64,000 bases of DNA, taken from positions 96,001 through 160,000 of the forward strand of contig CAXXWX010000003.1 in assembly GCA_963675745.2 (NCBI GenBank). Direction: 5' to 3'. Positions within the stretch are counted from its first letter, which is position 1. Each line of letters begins with the position of its first letter. The notes beneath the pieces were generated by a model. That model made no database searches. It was not told where the DNA came from and saw nothing but the letters and a program-made list of their open reading frames with translations. Shown here in pieces: positions 48,396 through 58,314 of this stretch. Source of the stretch: Phycisphaerae bacterium. GTDB taxonomy: Bacteria; Planctomycetota; Phycisphaerae; UBA1845; Fen-1342. The translations under genes and the position numbers were made by a program.

Positions 48396-49283
48396 CTATC
48401 CCTCGCCCGCCGCGCCGGATGAGCTCTCGCTCACCTCGGCGTGGAGTGCTTCCCAGTCCGCAAAGTGATCCTCAAAGACGATTGGCATGAGTTTCTCAAG
48501 CAACGGGCCCAGCGCTTCCAGTGAGTCCTCGAGCGGCGCCGCCGCCCCAGTGTGCTCGTTGACGAATCGCACCTCGAATTTGGCGTAATAGCCGAAGCGC
48601 TCCCATATATCACCCAGCGTCATCCGCACGCCGGAACGTGTCGCCTTGTACTGGTTATTGCAGTGAAAGAAATACAGCACGGTCATCGGTCTGGGCGCGT
48701 CCGTGTCGCTGCCGTTGCTGGTACCGTGGTCCCGCCCGCGGAACTGAAGCACGCGCACCGGGATACTCGCACTCTCCGCGCCGGGCAGCGATACGTTCAC
48801 CTCCTGGGAATAGGCTCGGCCCACGCGATCCAGGCCGCCCGCCACCAGGCACTCATCCGGAACGTGCGGCACCATGTCCGGCTTGCCGGTGTAGTATGAG
48901 ATGAACACGATCGCCATGGAGGTCGGGTCGTTACTGGCGGCGCCGGCCTTGATGATTCGTAGATCGACGTACTCCTGCGTGCCCAGCGTTTCGAGCACGT
49001 CATGTTCCAGCGGCTTGGGCCGCACCGGGTGCAACGAGTATTCCGGGGCCAGCCGGCGCTCGTCAAACTCGCGCAAGCTCTTCTTGAGCTCCACCGGCTC
49101 CTTGGTCAGGCTGATACCGCCAAACCGCTTGAGTGCTTCAATCCCCGCGGCTGCCGCCAGCAACACCACGACGCAGGTCACATAGCGCGCGCTCACAAGA
49201 GGCCGCGTCCTGGAAGCGCGTGCCGTCTCCGTGCCGCGCTTGGCGGACTCAGTTACAGAACCTGTTGTCGCGGGGCCACTCAT
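48396..49283 (-). CDS. EpsI-family exosortase-associated protein
   Basis: Single TM, VLETLGT.EY, FISYYTG....PHVPDECL.AGG, YFF. Directly downstream of the exosortase. Confidence 0.8.
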   Translation of the reverse strand: MSGPATTGSVTESAKRGTETARASRTRPLVSARYVTCVVVLLAAAAGIEALKRFGGISLTKEPVELKKSLREFDERRLAPEYSLHPVRPKPLEHDVLETLGTQEYVDLRIIKAGAASNDPTSMAIVFISYYTGKPDMVPHVPDECLVAGGLDRVGRAYSQEVNVSLPGAESASIPVRVLQFRGRDHGTSNGSDTDAPRPMTVLYFFHCNNQYKATRSGVRMTLGDIWERFGYYAKFEVRFVNEHTGAAAPLEDSLEALGPLLEKLMPIVFEDHFADWEALHAEVSESSSGAAGEG

Positions 49284-49290
49284 CTTCGCA

Positions 49291-50241
49291 CTATTTCTCC
49301 GCGGCGGTATTGGTTATTGCCGACTGATCGTCGTGGCCTTCGATAACCAGGTGTTTGAGCACCCAGCCGATGCCGCTGAAGATCGAAAAAGCCAGCCCCA
49401 GCATGGCCAGGCCCAGCAGCGTGTGATAGGTGCCTGTCGCGTAGCGCTCATCAACGAAGATATAAAGCCAGGTGGTGATCAGCACGCGAATGAAATTGCA
49501 GAAGACGGCGATCGGCAAACACGCCGCCAGCAATATCACCCGTTGCCACCACGGTCGGTCGGAGATGAATGTGATCGCCACGCCCAGGGCACACAGCGTG
49601 ATCGTGCTGCGCATTCCGCTACAGGCATCGGCCACGCCGATCGCATACGTGTTTCCCTTATAGAACGCGTCGATGACCGACCCGTTGCGCTGAATGTCCA
49701 GATCACGGATCAGGCCCAGAATAGTGGTCGCGACTGATGCCGCCAACTGCCGCAACGGGTTCGTCAGCATGAAGTGAATACGCTGGGGAATCGGAATCGC
49801 GAACAGCAGGTAGAGCCAGGGTACCCAGGCATAGCGCATCACCGGCAGCCCGCACAACAGGATTATGACCCCCAGCAGGCAGACCATCATCGCCAAGGGC
49901 CGCGGGTAGCCGAATTGACCCAACAGCAGGGAATACGCATAGAAGGCCAGTCCGGCCACCAGAATCACCAGCCCGACCCACGTATGCGAGATGCGGCAGC
50001 GTCGAATCTGATCCCACTTCATGTATACAAGATACGCGCTGAACAGCGGGATGATCGGTCCGTGTGACCAGTCCGATGAGGTCACCCACTTATAGACCAC
50101 GTCACCCAGCCGTGGCGGAACGAAGTCGAGCAGCTTCCAGAACACAGCGATGAATGCAGCCGCGACGATCGCCGCCTTGATCCGCGCCTGGCGGTCAAAG
50201 GTCAGCTTCCAGGGCGTTGTTGTCGGCGTGGTACCGGCCAA
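49291..50241 (-). CDS. Exosortase (EpsH/XrtA family)
   Basis: WSHG.IIP, VADACSGMRS (Cys), NFIRV (Arg), YHTLLG (His), about 8 TMs. TTG50241 start with GAGG RBS. Confidence 0.92.
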   Translation of the reverse strand: MAGTTPTTTPWKLTFDRQARIKAAIVAAAFIAVFWKLLDFVPPRLGDVVYKWVTSSDWSHGPIIPLFSAYLVYMKWDQIRRCRISHTWVGLVILVAGLAFYAYSLLLGQFGYPRPLAMMVCLLGVIILLCGLPVMRYAWVPWLYLLFAIPIPQRIHFMLTNPLRQLAASVATTILGLIRDLDIQRNGSVIDAFYKGNTYAIGVADACSGMRSTITLCALGVAITFISDRPWWQRVILLAACLPIAVFCNFIRVLITTWLYIFVDERYATGTYHTLLGLAMLGLAFSIFSGIGWVLKHLVIEGHDDQSAITNTAAEK

Positions 50242-50263
50242 TTGAACCTCTCTGCGGGTTGCG

Positions 50264-51829
50264 CTAGAACAACAAGCCGCGTTGTTGCTTCCGCTGGCGC
50301 TCGATCTCGGCTGGGTTGGTCTTTCCGCCGTAGGAATCGACGTCCGCGAAATTGCGGTCGTACACAAACCCGAATCCGTAGGTGAACCGGAATGAATTGC
50401 GAATCACAAACAGGAACGGTGACACGAAGTGCGTGCCCACATTCACAATGTCCTCGGCACGCAACAGAACGTCATCATCGAGCCCGGCGAAGACCGCGTC
50501 GACATCCACCGGGATCGTGATTTGCGTGTCCGTGCCGGGTTCTCGGCGAATGATCTCGCAACGCTGTGGCCAAGCCAGCGGCGTGAAACCACCCACCAGG
50601 GCGATCGCCTGCTTGAGCGTGATCTCGCGCCCGCCAAAGGCGTACACGCCCGGACGAGCAATCTCGCCCATCATGTAGAACACGCCCGTGTCAATCGGGA
50701 CGTTGACCACGTCCTCACCCCGAATCACGATATTGTAACGTGGATCGCCCGCCTTGAGGGCCGCCACGTCGATCTCTATGACACGCTGCTGCAGTTCAAA
50801 CTCGGGAACGTCGTCCCAGTCAAACCCGGGCTGTGGCTGCGGCGGCGCGGCCGGCTCCGCGTCCGACTCGCGCGGCGGCGCCGGCGATTCGGCAGTCTCG
50901 GGCGCCACCTCGATCGGGGCGCCGGTCGTCGGGTCGAAGATGATCTGAGGGAACCCCGGCCCAGCGTCAGCCGCATCCTCGTCGTTTCCAGGTGTGATTA
51001 TGCCCTCCAACGACTCACGCTCCGTGCCGGCGTCGTCGTCATTCCCAGCGTAGGCGTGGCTCGCCAACATCGCTCCCGAGATTGGCGACACGTCCCACTG
51101 CTCGTCGTCGTCGGGGACCGGCACAACCAACTCTTCGTCGAGTTCCGCCGGCGGCTCCTTGGCGGGCGGAAGATCGCGATAGCTCGGCTGCGCGCGACGA
51201 ATCACATAGAGTTTTTTGACGTCCGCGCCGATGTCCTGCGCCAGGCCAATCACTTCCAGCAGCCGGGTGTCGGGTGACTGCAACGGGTAGGCCCCCGCGC
51301 GCCCCACCGCTCCGAGCATGTAAAAAACGCGCGAGTTGCGCGACGTCACCATCACGCGCACTACCGGGTCGGGTAACTGACCACTTTCGATCAGACGCCG
51401 TCGGATTTCTTCTTCGATTTCCGTCTCGGTCATGCCGGCGATTTTGAACGATCCGACATACGGCAACCGCACGTAGCCCGTCTCGGATACCTGCTGGACA
51501 GAGCCCTCTTGCAGGCCTTGTCCGAGAAGATCGTCAATCACGATTTGAATCGAGTCGGACGGCGTGACGCGGTAGTCTTCATAGATCGGAACCAGGTCGT
51601 CGGGAGTCGGCTCAACGGCATTGGGCGGCCCGCCGGGGTTGTCGCGCGGCGTCAAGACGCGCTTGATGCCGCGTTCCTGGTACTCAGAAGGAAAGGTGCC
51701 GACGGCGGTGGGGTCCAGAAAACCGTTCAGTATGGCGCAGCCCGAGCCGGCTGAGATTAACAGCCCGCAACTGATAACTGTCATTAACGCGCTGACGAGC
51801 GAGCGCCCGTTGTGCATTCCGATCTCCAC
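50264..51829 (-). CDS. Polysaccharide export lipoprotein (Wza/OPX, SLBB domains)
   Basis: Lipobox GSGC, DYRV...D.I.I, V.ETGYVRLPYVG, GAV.RAG.Y, GEI.RPGVY. Start may be ATG51817. Confidence 0.85.
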   Translation of the reverse strand: MEIGMHNGRSLVSALMTVISCGLLISAGSGCAILNGFLDPTAVGTFPSEYQERGIKRVLTPRDNPGGPPNAVEPTPDDLVPIYEDYRVTPSDSIQIVIDDLLGQGLQEGSVQQVSETGYVRLPYVGSFKIAGMTETEIEEEIRRRLIESGQLPDPVVRVMVTSRNSRVFYMLGAVGRAGAYPLQSPDTRLLEVIGLAQDIGADVKKLYVIRRAQPSYRDLPPAKEPPAELDEELVVPVPDDDEQWDVSPISGAMLASHAYAGNDDDAGTERESLEGIITPGNDEDAADAGPGFPQIIFDPTTGAPIEVAPETAESPAPPRESDAEPAAPPQPQPGFDWDDVPEFELQQRVIEIDVAALKAGDPRYNIVIRGEDVVNVPIDTGVFYMMGEIARPGVYAFGGREITLKQAIALVGGFTPLAWPQRCEIIRREPGTDTQITIPVDVDAVFAGLDDDVLLRAEDIVNVGTHFVSPFLFVIRNSFRFTYGFGFVYDRNFADVDSYGGKTNPAEIERQRKQQRGLLF

Positions 51830-52257
51830 GGCCGCGAGCCAGCCGTCGCATTATCCGCCGTCGAAAAGCCGGCGGGACGGCATGTGCAGCGCTGCCTAGT
51901 CAAGTAAGTACAGGCATTTGCGCCAAAAGAACGGCAATCTAAACCGCGCCGGCAACTCCTGTCAAATGGCCGCCTGTCGAGGCGCAGGGTGCCCGCCTGC
52001 CGTCCCCGATGCTAGCTTTACGTCGGCAATATCCGCGCGGTTCGCGTTTCACCGTCGTTCGCTACACTCAGTTACCGCACCAGATTATCGGCACAGCCCG
52101 GCTCGCGGCTTGTGCCCTGTTCCAAATCGCACCGCCGTAAGCGGTTCCGACGGTCAGATCGCAGGCCCGCCGAGGTGACATCCGGACTGCACACCGATGG
52201 TGCTCGACGCCGACCTACACATGCGGCCGGGCGTGCCAGATCCCGATAGACACTTCC

Positions 52258-52965
52258 ATGAGCACGTTCAGCCATACCGACGCAACTCGCGTCCTGATTC
52301 TGGGCGCCGGCGGACACGGCCGCGTCATCCTCGACATCCTGCTACAGGCGGGCGGCCATGACGTCGTTGGCTTCCTCGATGGAAACAAGGCCATTCACGG
52401 TCGCCGCGTCGATGGCATCCCCGTGCTCGGCGGCATTGACGACCTGCCGCAGATTCATCGCGAGAACAACATCGATGGTGTCTGCATCGCCATTGGCGAC
52501 AACGGCACCCGGCGGGGATTGGCCCGACAGGTCGAACAGGCCGACATCGAACTGATCAACGCCATCCACCCGTCCGCGACACTCGCGCGCAGCGTCACCG
52601 TGGGACGCAACGTCGTCATCGCCGCCGGCGTCGTGGTCTGTGCCCAGTGCCAGATTGGTGATTCGGTCATCCTCAACACCGGTGCCATCATCGATCACTA
52701 CACCATGATCGGCGAGGGTACGCACATCTGTCCGGGGGTGCGCATCGCCGGCCGGGTGAAAGTGGAGCCCGGCGTCTTCGTCGGCATCGGTGCCACGGTC
52801 GTCCCCAAGGTCACGCTGGGCTGCGAAGCCGTCATTGGGGCGGGCACGGTCGTGATCCAGGATGTGCCGTCGCTGGCCACGGTAGTCGGCGTTCCCGCGC
52901 GTCAGATCGATCTGGCCGCGGCTTCAGAAGACATCGCCGCCCTACTGCTGCCCGCGCGACTGTAG
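52258..52965 (+). CDS. Sugar O/N-acetyltransferase, NeuD/PglD family
   Basis: GAGGHG, AIGDN..R, IHPSA, hexapeptide repeats, IDH, VVGVPAR. Confidence 0.9.
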   Translation: MSTFSHTDATRVLILGAGGHGRVILDILLQAGGHDVVGFLDGNKAIHGRRVDGIPVLGGIDDLPQIHRENNIDGVCIAIGDNGTRRGLARQVEQADIELINAIHPSATLARSVTVGRNVVIAAGVVVCAQCQIGDSVILNTGAIIDHYTMIGEGTHICPGVRIAGRVKVEPGVFVGIGATVVPKVTLGCEAVIGAGTVVIQDVPSLATVVGVPARQIDLAAASEDIAALLLPARL

Positions 52966-53772
52966 GTCGCGGGTGGTCTCACCGGACTGATCGGGTTCGT
53001 CGGGACCATGCCAGTACGCCGCGACAACCGTGGGGTCGAACGGTGTACCACATTCCGGGCAACGCGAGCCGGCGCATCGCCGCAGGTCGTAGGCGCATAC
53101 GACGCATCGGTGGCCAGGACGCCGGCGCAGCTTTGGAAATAGCCACGCATCCACACACCCGACCGCGCCGATGCAGGGAATCCCAGCCAGCCAAATGCCG
53201 ACGAAGCTGCTGGAACGTATGAAGAAAGCCAGCGGAAGACCGATGGTGAGCCACAGCACCAGCAAAACCAATACGCGGTTTGATAGTACATCTCCCTCCT
53301 GCAAGGAAGTGAGCCAACGTTCAGCAAGTGTCTCAAACGGGTCGCCTAGCTGCGGGCTTGGCAAGGCTCGCCATTTGTGGGCCGAGATCGGGAACCGATG
53401 ACCACACGTCAGACACTTCGCGCGTCGCCATAGTCCTTTCAGCGAGTAGCACGTTCCGTACGTACGCACAACGTCGTCATCCGCACACTGCGGGCATTCT
53501 ACAGGACGGATCAGCGGTCGGCGGTCTGATGGCGCAAGCGCGCTGTATGCGAGGTTCAACCGCCACGCAACCCAACAGCCGATCGTCGCGAAGCAAGCCA
53601 GGACCAGGAGCACGCCACACATGCGCAGAGTGTCTGGCGGCTGCGACCATGCACCCAGAGCGCCGCCAGCAAACACAACCAGCAGCGGTAGCAACAACAA
53701 CGCGCACGTCAGGCCGACCAACAGGAAAACGCAGGCCAGCCCCAGATACAGCCAACGCTTGAGCATGAACAC
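52942..53772 (-). CDS. Membrane protein with Cys-knuckle (zinc-ribbon) motifs
   Basis: About four TMs. CPQC...CLTCGH between TM pairs and CVVCAYDLR...CPECG at the C-terminus. Confidence 0.7.
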   Translation of the reverse strand: MFMLKRWLYLGLACVFLLVGLTCALLLLPLLVVFAGGALGAWSQPPDTLRMCGVLLVLACFATIGCWVAWRLNLAYSALAPSDRRPLIRPVECPQCADDDVVRTYGTCYSLKGLWRRAKCLTCGHRFPISAHKWRALPSPQLGDPFETLAERWLTSLQEGDVLSNRVLVLLVLWLTIGLPLAFFIRSSSFVGIWLAGIPCIGAVGCVDAWLFPKLRRRPGHRCVVCAYDLRRCAGSRCPECGTPFDPTVVAAYWHGPDEPDQSGETTRDLQSRGQQ

Positions 53773-53798
53773 CCCGGCGTCTCAGGCCAGAACAGAAT

Positions 53799-54244
53799 GG
53801 CGGAGTGGGCCTGTAAGCCGGATTTTGTGCCCCGGCCTGCCCAGAAGTGCCTCGGCACTTCCATACGAGCTCGGCCGGGGCGACGGCCATTCACCTGGGC
53901 CTGTCGTTACCGACAGGCTCGCGCGCCCTACCCGGGGCTGGTAACGAGCCGGGTCGACTCATCGCCCCATATTTGGGCTTGCTGGCGGTGGGGTTTGCCG
54001 TGCCGCGACTGTCACCAGTCGCGCGGTGCGCTCTTACCGCACCTTTTCACCCTTGCCTGTGATGCCGGCGCGCGCGTCGACATCCATCGGCGGTCTGCTT
54101 TCTGTGGCACTTTCCCTGGGCTCGCGCCCGGTGGCCGTTAGCCACCACCGCACCCTATCCAGTCCGGACTTTCCTCCAGCTCCGCCGACCCGCCGTCCCG
54201 CAAGACAACGAGCCCGAGCCAGCGGCCGCCCGGCCCACTCCGCC
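53799..54244 (-). ncRNA. rnpB: RNase P RNA (type A)
   Basis: Minus strand reads GAGGAAAGUCCGGAC, GGAAAGUGCCACAGAAAG, GGGUGAAAAGGUGCGGUAAGAGCGCACC, GGCAAACCCCACC, ACAAAAUCCGGCUUA. P1 pairs GGCGGAGUGGGCC with GGCCCACUCCGCC. Confidence 0.97.
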
Positions 54245-54269
54245 GTGTGGAGTATAGCGGAAGTGGGGA
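54232..54269. repeat. Repeat A: rnpB 5' end plus -10 box (copy at 55113-55150)
   Basis: 35/38 identical to 55113-55150. Contains TATACT on the minus strand just upstream of the rnpB 5' end. Confidence 0.85.
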
Positions 54270-54375
54270 GTGAGGGGCTAAGAAACGAAGGGATTGGGTT
54301 ACGTGGGCAGTTTGGGGCGTCGTGGCGGCAGTGATCATCGTGAGAGGTGCGTCGCCCATGCCGTTGCTATCCGGA

Positions 54376-55005
54376 TCATTTGTCATGCCGAAATGTCTGC
54401 ACGCGGAACTGTTTGCCGCCGGCACTCGTGGCTGTGTAGGCGACCGTTTCAGTCAGGCCTTGCGCCAGGGCTGCCCGCTTCAAATCGTCGGGTAAAACCA
54501 GGTGCATGATTGACGAGAGGGACGCGAGCCTGGCGTATTGTGATGGGGTGACTTCGGGGGCGGCATCGCTCGGAAGTTGCACAACTGTGACGAGCGCGCC
54601 GTCGTGGCGGAGCATCGTGTCAATCCGTTCAAGAGTAGTGGCGGGGTCAACGTACTCCATGAGCAAGCCGGCGAAGATGAGTTCGACGGGCTCAAAGGGG
54701 AATTCGTCGGATTGCACGTCACCAGCGAATAGCTCAAGCGTCGGGAAACGCCCTTCGTAGCGGGCCCGCGCCTGGCAAATGTAGCCGGGATTGAGGTCGA
54801 GGCCGACGACGCGGTGCGTCACTTCGGGCCGTATGCGGTCGAAACCGTTGCCGCCGGCACAGCCAAGAACGGCCACAGAGTCGGGGCGGTTTTCTTGCAG
54901 GATCGAAGCGAAGATGTCGGAGAGGAGTTGGGCCTGGCCGATCTCTGGCAGAGCCATGTGGCTTTCATAGTCGGCGAGCGGAATTGTCAGCCAGGGGTTC
55001 TGCAT
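54376..55005 (-). CDS. Class I SAM-dependent methyltransferase
   Basis: NPWL.IPLADYE.HM..PEIGQ, VAVLGCAGGNG, VGLDLNP.YI, AGDV. Start ATG55005. Confidence 0.85.
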   Translation of the reverse strand: MQNPWLTIPLADYESHMALPEIGQAQLLSDIFASILQENRPDSVAVLGCAGGNGFDRIRPEVTHRVVGLDLNPGYICQARARYEGRFPTLELFAGDVQSDEFPFEPVELIFAGLLMEYVDPATTLERIDTMLRHDGALVTVVQLPSDAAPEVTPSQYARLASLSSIMHLVLPDDLKRAALAQGLTETVAYTATSAGGKQFRVQTFRHDK

Positions 55006-55064
55006 GGTGATAGCGGCTCGTATCTGTGGATTGCTGCGTTCGCCGGAGCGTCTCCGCGTGCGCA

Positions 55065-55150
55065 CGACCGGCCACGATGAAGCGCGAAATCTCCGCCTGA
55101 TCGGTGCGTACGGGCCCACTCCACCGCGTGGAGTATAGCGGAGGTGGGGA
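55065..55150. repeat. Composite junction: copy of the GTPase gene 3' end (55065-55116) fused to a copy of the rnpB promoter/5' end (55113-55150)
   Basis: 55065-55116 is 49/52 identical to 56608-56659. 55113-55150 is 35/38 identical to 54232-54269. The two copies overlap by GGCC. Confidence 0.85.
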
Positions 55151-55263
55151 TTTAGGGATTGACGGATTTGGGGAGTGTTGGGACACCTGCGGGTTTGACC
55201 TGTTGCCCACAATCAGACTGGAATTCATGTCTTTCATAGCATTGCTGTCTGGGAGGATCTCTT

Positions 55264-56454
55264 ATGAAACCGCTTGGCCTCACACTGATGGCGAGTGCCA
55301 TGGTGGCGCTGGCACTCGCCGGTTGCCCGCAACCGCTTACGGATCAGACCGCCGACACGGCCGGATTGGATGCCCCCAACACAACCACAGGTTCGCAAGA
55401 GGCCGCCATCGAATCTGAGGACACTCTGCCGGCGGACGTGGCTGGCACGCCGGCGCGGCGCGGTCCAGATGTGTCGGATGACGACCCGCCGGTTATTTAC
55501 GCCGTCGAGGCCAGCGATGGCGAAGAGGCCGAAGAGGAGCAGCCTGAGCCGACCGCCGCCGCACCTTATGATCCGGTCCCACCGTCGAACGTCGTGTCAA
55601 CCGATCCGAGTGAAGACGATGAAAACGAAGAGCCCCCCGTAGATACGACCCCTCCAAAAGAGGATCCTGTGCCGCCGTCGGACAACCCCGTCCCGCCCAG
55701 TCAGAGCGATCCCCCACCATCCAACGCCGGTCCGGGTCAGGTCGCCGCGACCGACGCGGATGTCGAAAACGTCGCACTGGGTGTCGCCGAGGTGTGCAGC
55801 GCATTTGGTCTGCTGGGTCCTTGGGGCGATGCACGGATAAACATCGCCAAGGAGCAGGAAATTCGGTTTGGCGAGTGCCCGGAGGTGGTGTTTCTATCAG
55901 CGCAGGAAGGCGGCATCCACCTGCTGAGATACACGGCCGAGGGTTGTCAGAGCCCGGCGACCGCGTGGAAATACATGCGCGGCGAGCTCTGTGGCACGGT
56001 GCGACTCGCGGATGGCGAAGGCGAACTCGAGTTCACGCACAAGGGAGCGCTCCACGCGTACATCGGCGACCAGAAAATCGACGGCAAGATTCACTGCTAC
56101 TTCGTGGACCTGCTTGAAGGGCTGGCATTCACCAACGCGTCATTTGAGATGCAGTTCACACCCGGCGGCACAACCACCGGCTCCGCGGATCTGCTGGCGA
56201 CGCGCGAAGGCACCGTTGTCATCGAGTCGGGCAGATGGGAGCTGGAAAGCAACGACGTCGATTACGATCTCGATATTACTGGTTTGCTCATTGACCCGCT
56301 CAACGCCACCAGCTTCACGCCGATCGACGGGAGCATAGCTTTCAGTGACCGCGTGATCGAGTTCACGGAGGAGTCACCCGTAAACGGCGCTGTGTGGGTG
56401 ACCACAGCCGGCGGCTCGCCCGAGTTGGTGGTGATCCCCGGTCTGGCCGAGTAA
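55264..56454 (+). CDS. Acidic lipoprotein with a Pro/Asp/Glu linker and beta-rich C-terminal domain
   Basis: GGAGG RBS; lipobox LAGC-P; repeated DPVPPS motifs. Confidence 0.78.
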   Translation: MKPLGLTLMASAMVALALAGCPQPLTDQTADTAGLDAPNTTTGSQEAAIESEDTLPADVAGTPARRGPDVSDDDPPVIYAVEASDGEEAEEEQPEPTAAAPYDPVPPSNVVSTDPSEDDENEEPPVDTTPPKEDPVPPSDNPVPPSQSDPPPSNAGPGQVAATDADVENVALGVAEVCSAFGLLGPWGDARINIAKEQEIRFGECPEVVFLSAQEGGIHLLRYTAEGCQSPATAWKYMRGELCGTVRLADGEGELEFTHKGALHAYIGDQKIDGKIHCYFVDLLEGLAFTNASFEMQFTPGGTTTGSADLLATREGTVVIESGRWELESNDVDYDLDITGLLIDPLNATSFTPIDGSIAFSDRVIEFTEESPVNGAVWVTTAGGSPELVVIPGLAE

Positions 56455-56570
56455 CGGCTGGTATCGGGCGAGTTCTCAAACGCCGGGAACATGCTCGTGT
56501 GCCCCGGCATGTATCGTGACCGCCGGCCGGCTGGGCGCCGGCCGTTACAATGTCAACGTCTGCGCATGAG

Positions 56571-58306
56571 TCATGCGTCGGTGTGCGCGGTTGCGTCCGC
56601 CTTATTCCGACCGACCGCGATGAAGCGCGAAATCTCCGCCTGATCGGTGCGCACGGGCCGTACGAGGATGCCGGCGATCTGTTTGAGCAGCTTATCCACC
56701 CGGCCGCGCCAGGTGTCGGCCTCGGCGGTGGTTTCATCGAGCGCCTGGTGGATTCTGCGCTCGAGCTCATCCAGTCCCGCGCGAACGCCGGCGCGCATCG
56801 CGCGCAGCACCGTCCGCCCCACCGATGGCCGCAACATCCGATCCAGCCAGAATGGAACCGCCCAGGCCAATGCCACCAGCAGCAGGCTTGACACGACAAA
56901 GTCGGTGGTCGGGTATGACGCGGGACCGGTCGATGTCGATGCGCGGAAATACTGCATCACCAGCGTGACAGCGACCCAGGCCAGCGCGGCAAACGGCAGC
57001 ACCCCCGCCAGAAACCCGGTGACTCGACGAGCCACACGTTGCGCGATTGTCCCCGGGCTGGCCAGCGCGGCGCGCACTTCGTCCTGCATTCGCGCCAGCA
57101 TCTCCCCGCGCGCCGTGCCGGCGACTTTGTCAAGCCGGGCGCGGAGTGGTGCGGCGACGATCCCCTCGTGACGCATACTGCCCTCGATCGCGTCCATGCA
57201 CGCTCGCAGCTTGGCGTCGGACCAATCATCCCAGAGCGATTCGGTCAGGTATGCAAGCTCCGACGCGTCCGGCATCGTGGAAATGTTCTTCTCACCACCC
57301 GGCTCGTCTTTGCGCAGCAGTCCCAGCGCGCGGCCGGTAAGCGAGAGGCCCGGAGTGTTGGCCCGCGCGCCCATGCGCGCGGCGATATCCCGGATCGGCC
57401 AGTCCAGACCATCCCGCAACACATCGCGGGCCTGCTGCCAGTGCAACGGCGTTGCGGTCGCGACCGCCTGCCAGCGGTCGCTCGTTGCCCAGCCGCTGCG
57501 CCAGCCGCCTGTAGTGTCGCGCGCAGCTCCTGCAACCGAGCCCGATGGCCCAGACGCGTCAGCTCGCGAACGCCATGCGCGGCCAGCAGGTCATTGATCA
57601 CGGCTTCGATCCGCGCAAACTCGTCGGAGCTGGGCAACTCAGCGCCGTCCAGGCATGACGTACACAGCACCAGCGGATCGTCAAACCCGGCGGTTCGCAT
57701 CATGCGGGCGAAATCGTCACGCTGGGCGCGGTCTCCCTCGTCCCAACGATTCATGACAAACAGCCAGCCGTGCCGCAGGGACCGGTCCTGCAACACGCGC
57801 CAGCCGACGTCATCGCGATAGCGCTCGGGGCTCACGACGTACACCAGCAGGTCGATGTGCGGCAGCCACGCCAATGCGCAGGCGCGATTCTGCGGCTCGA
57901 CACTGTCGATGTCGGGCGCGTCGATCCAGAGGATGTTCTTGTGCGCATCGTCACCGTGACGCCGAACCTCGACACTCTCGAGCGGCAGCGTCTCCGGGAA
58001 GTCAGCCAGTTTGACATCGTGATGAACGTAGAGGGTGATCTCGCGTGATGTTGGCCGCTCAACGCCGACGCGCGCGACCGTCGCACCGGCCAGTCGATTA
58101 AGCAGGCTGCTTTTGCCCACGCCCGTTCCGCCGAACAGGGCTACGACCAGTGGCCGGGCCTGGGCATCGACGAAGAGATCCGCCGGTGTGGCGCGCTCAA
58201 GCGCGGCGAAGCGCTCGGCGCTGCCCGCCTCGACCCACTCGGCCGCAGTCCCCTCCTCGACCCACTGGCGCGCCGCGGCAACGAGATCGGCAAACTGGTC
58301 GTTCAT
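56571..58306 (-). CDS. Dynamin-like/Era-type GTPase with a C-terminal TM hairpin; frameshifted near 57450-57510
   Basis: G1 GGTGVGKSS, G2 RPTS, G3 DAPDIDS, SPERY, G4 NRWD (ORF 57245..58324). The helical and two-TM C-terminus lies in ORF 56571..57446. Confidence 0.8.
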
Positions 58307-58314
58307 CGACGAGG

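Noticed and set aside
54965..55237. 90-aa minus-strand ORF containing PVRTDQAEISRF
   Set aside because: It is a chimeric read-through of the duplicated promoter and GTPase tail, and is treated as part of the junction finding.
55065..56659. Prophage or integrative element with att sites
   Set aside because: The segment is only about 1.6 kb, has no recombinase, and its two different repeats are interleaved rather than forming one att pair.
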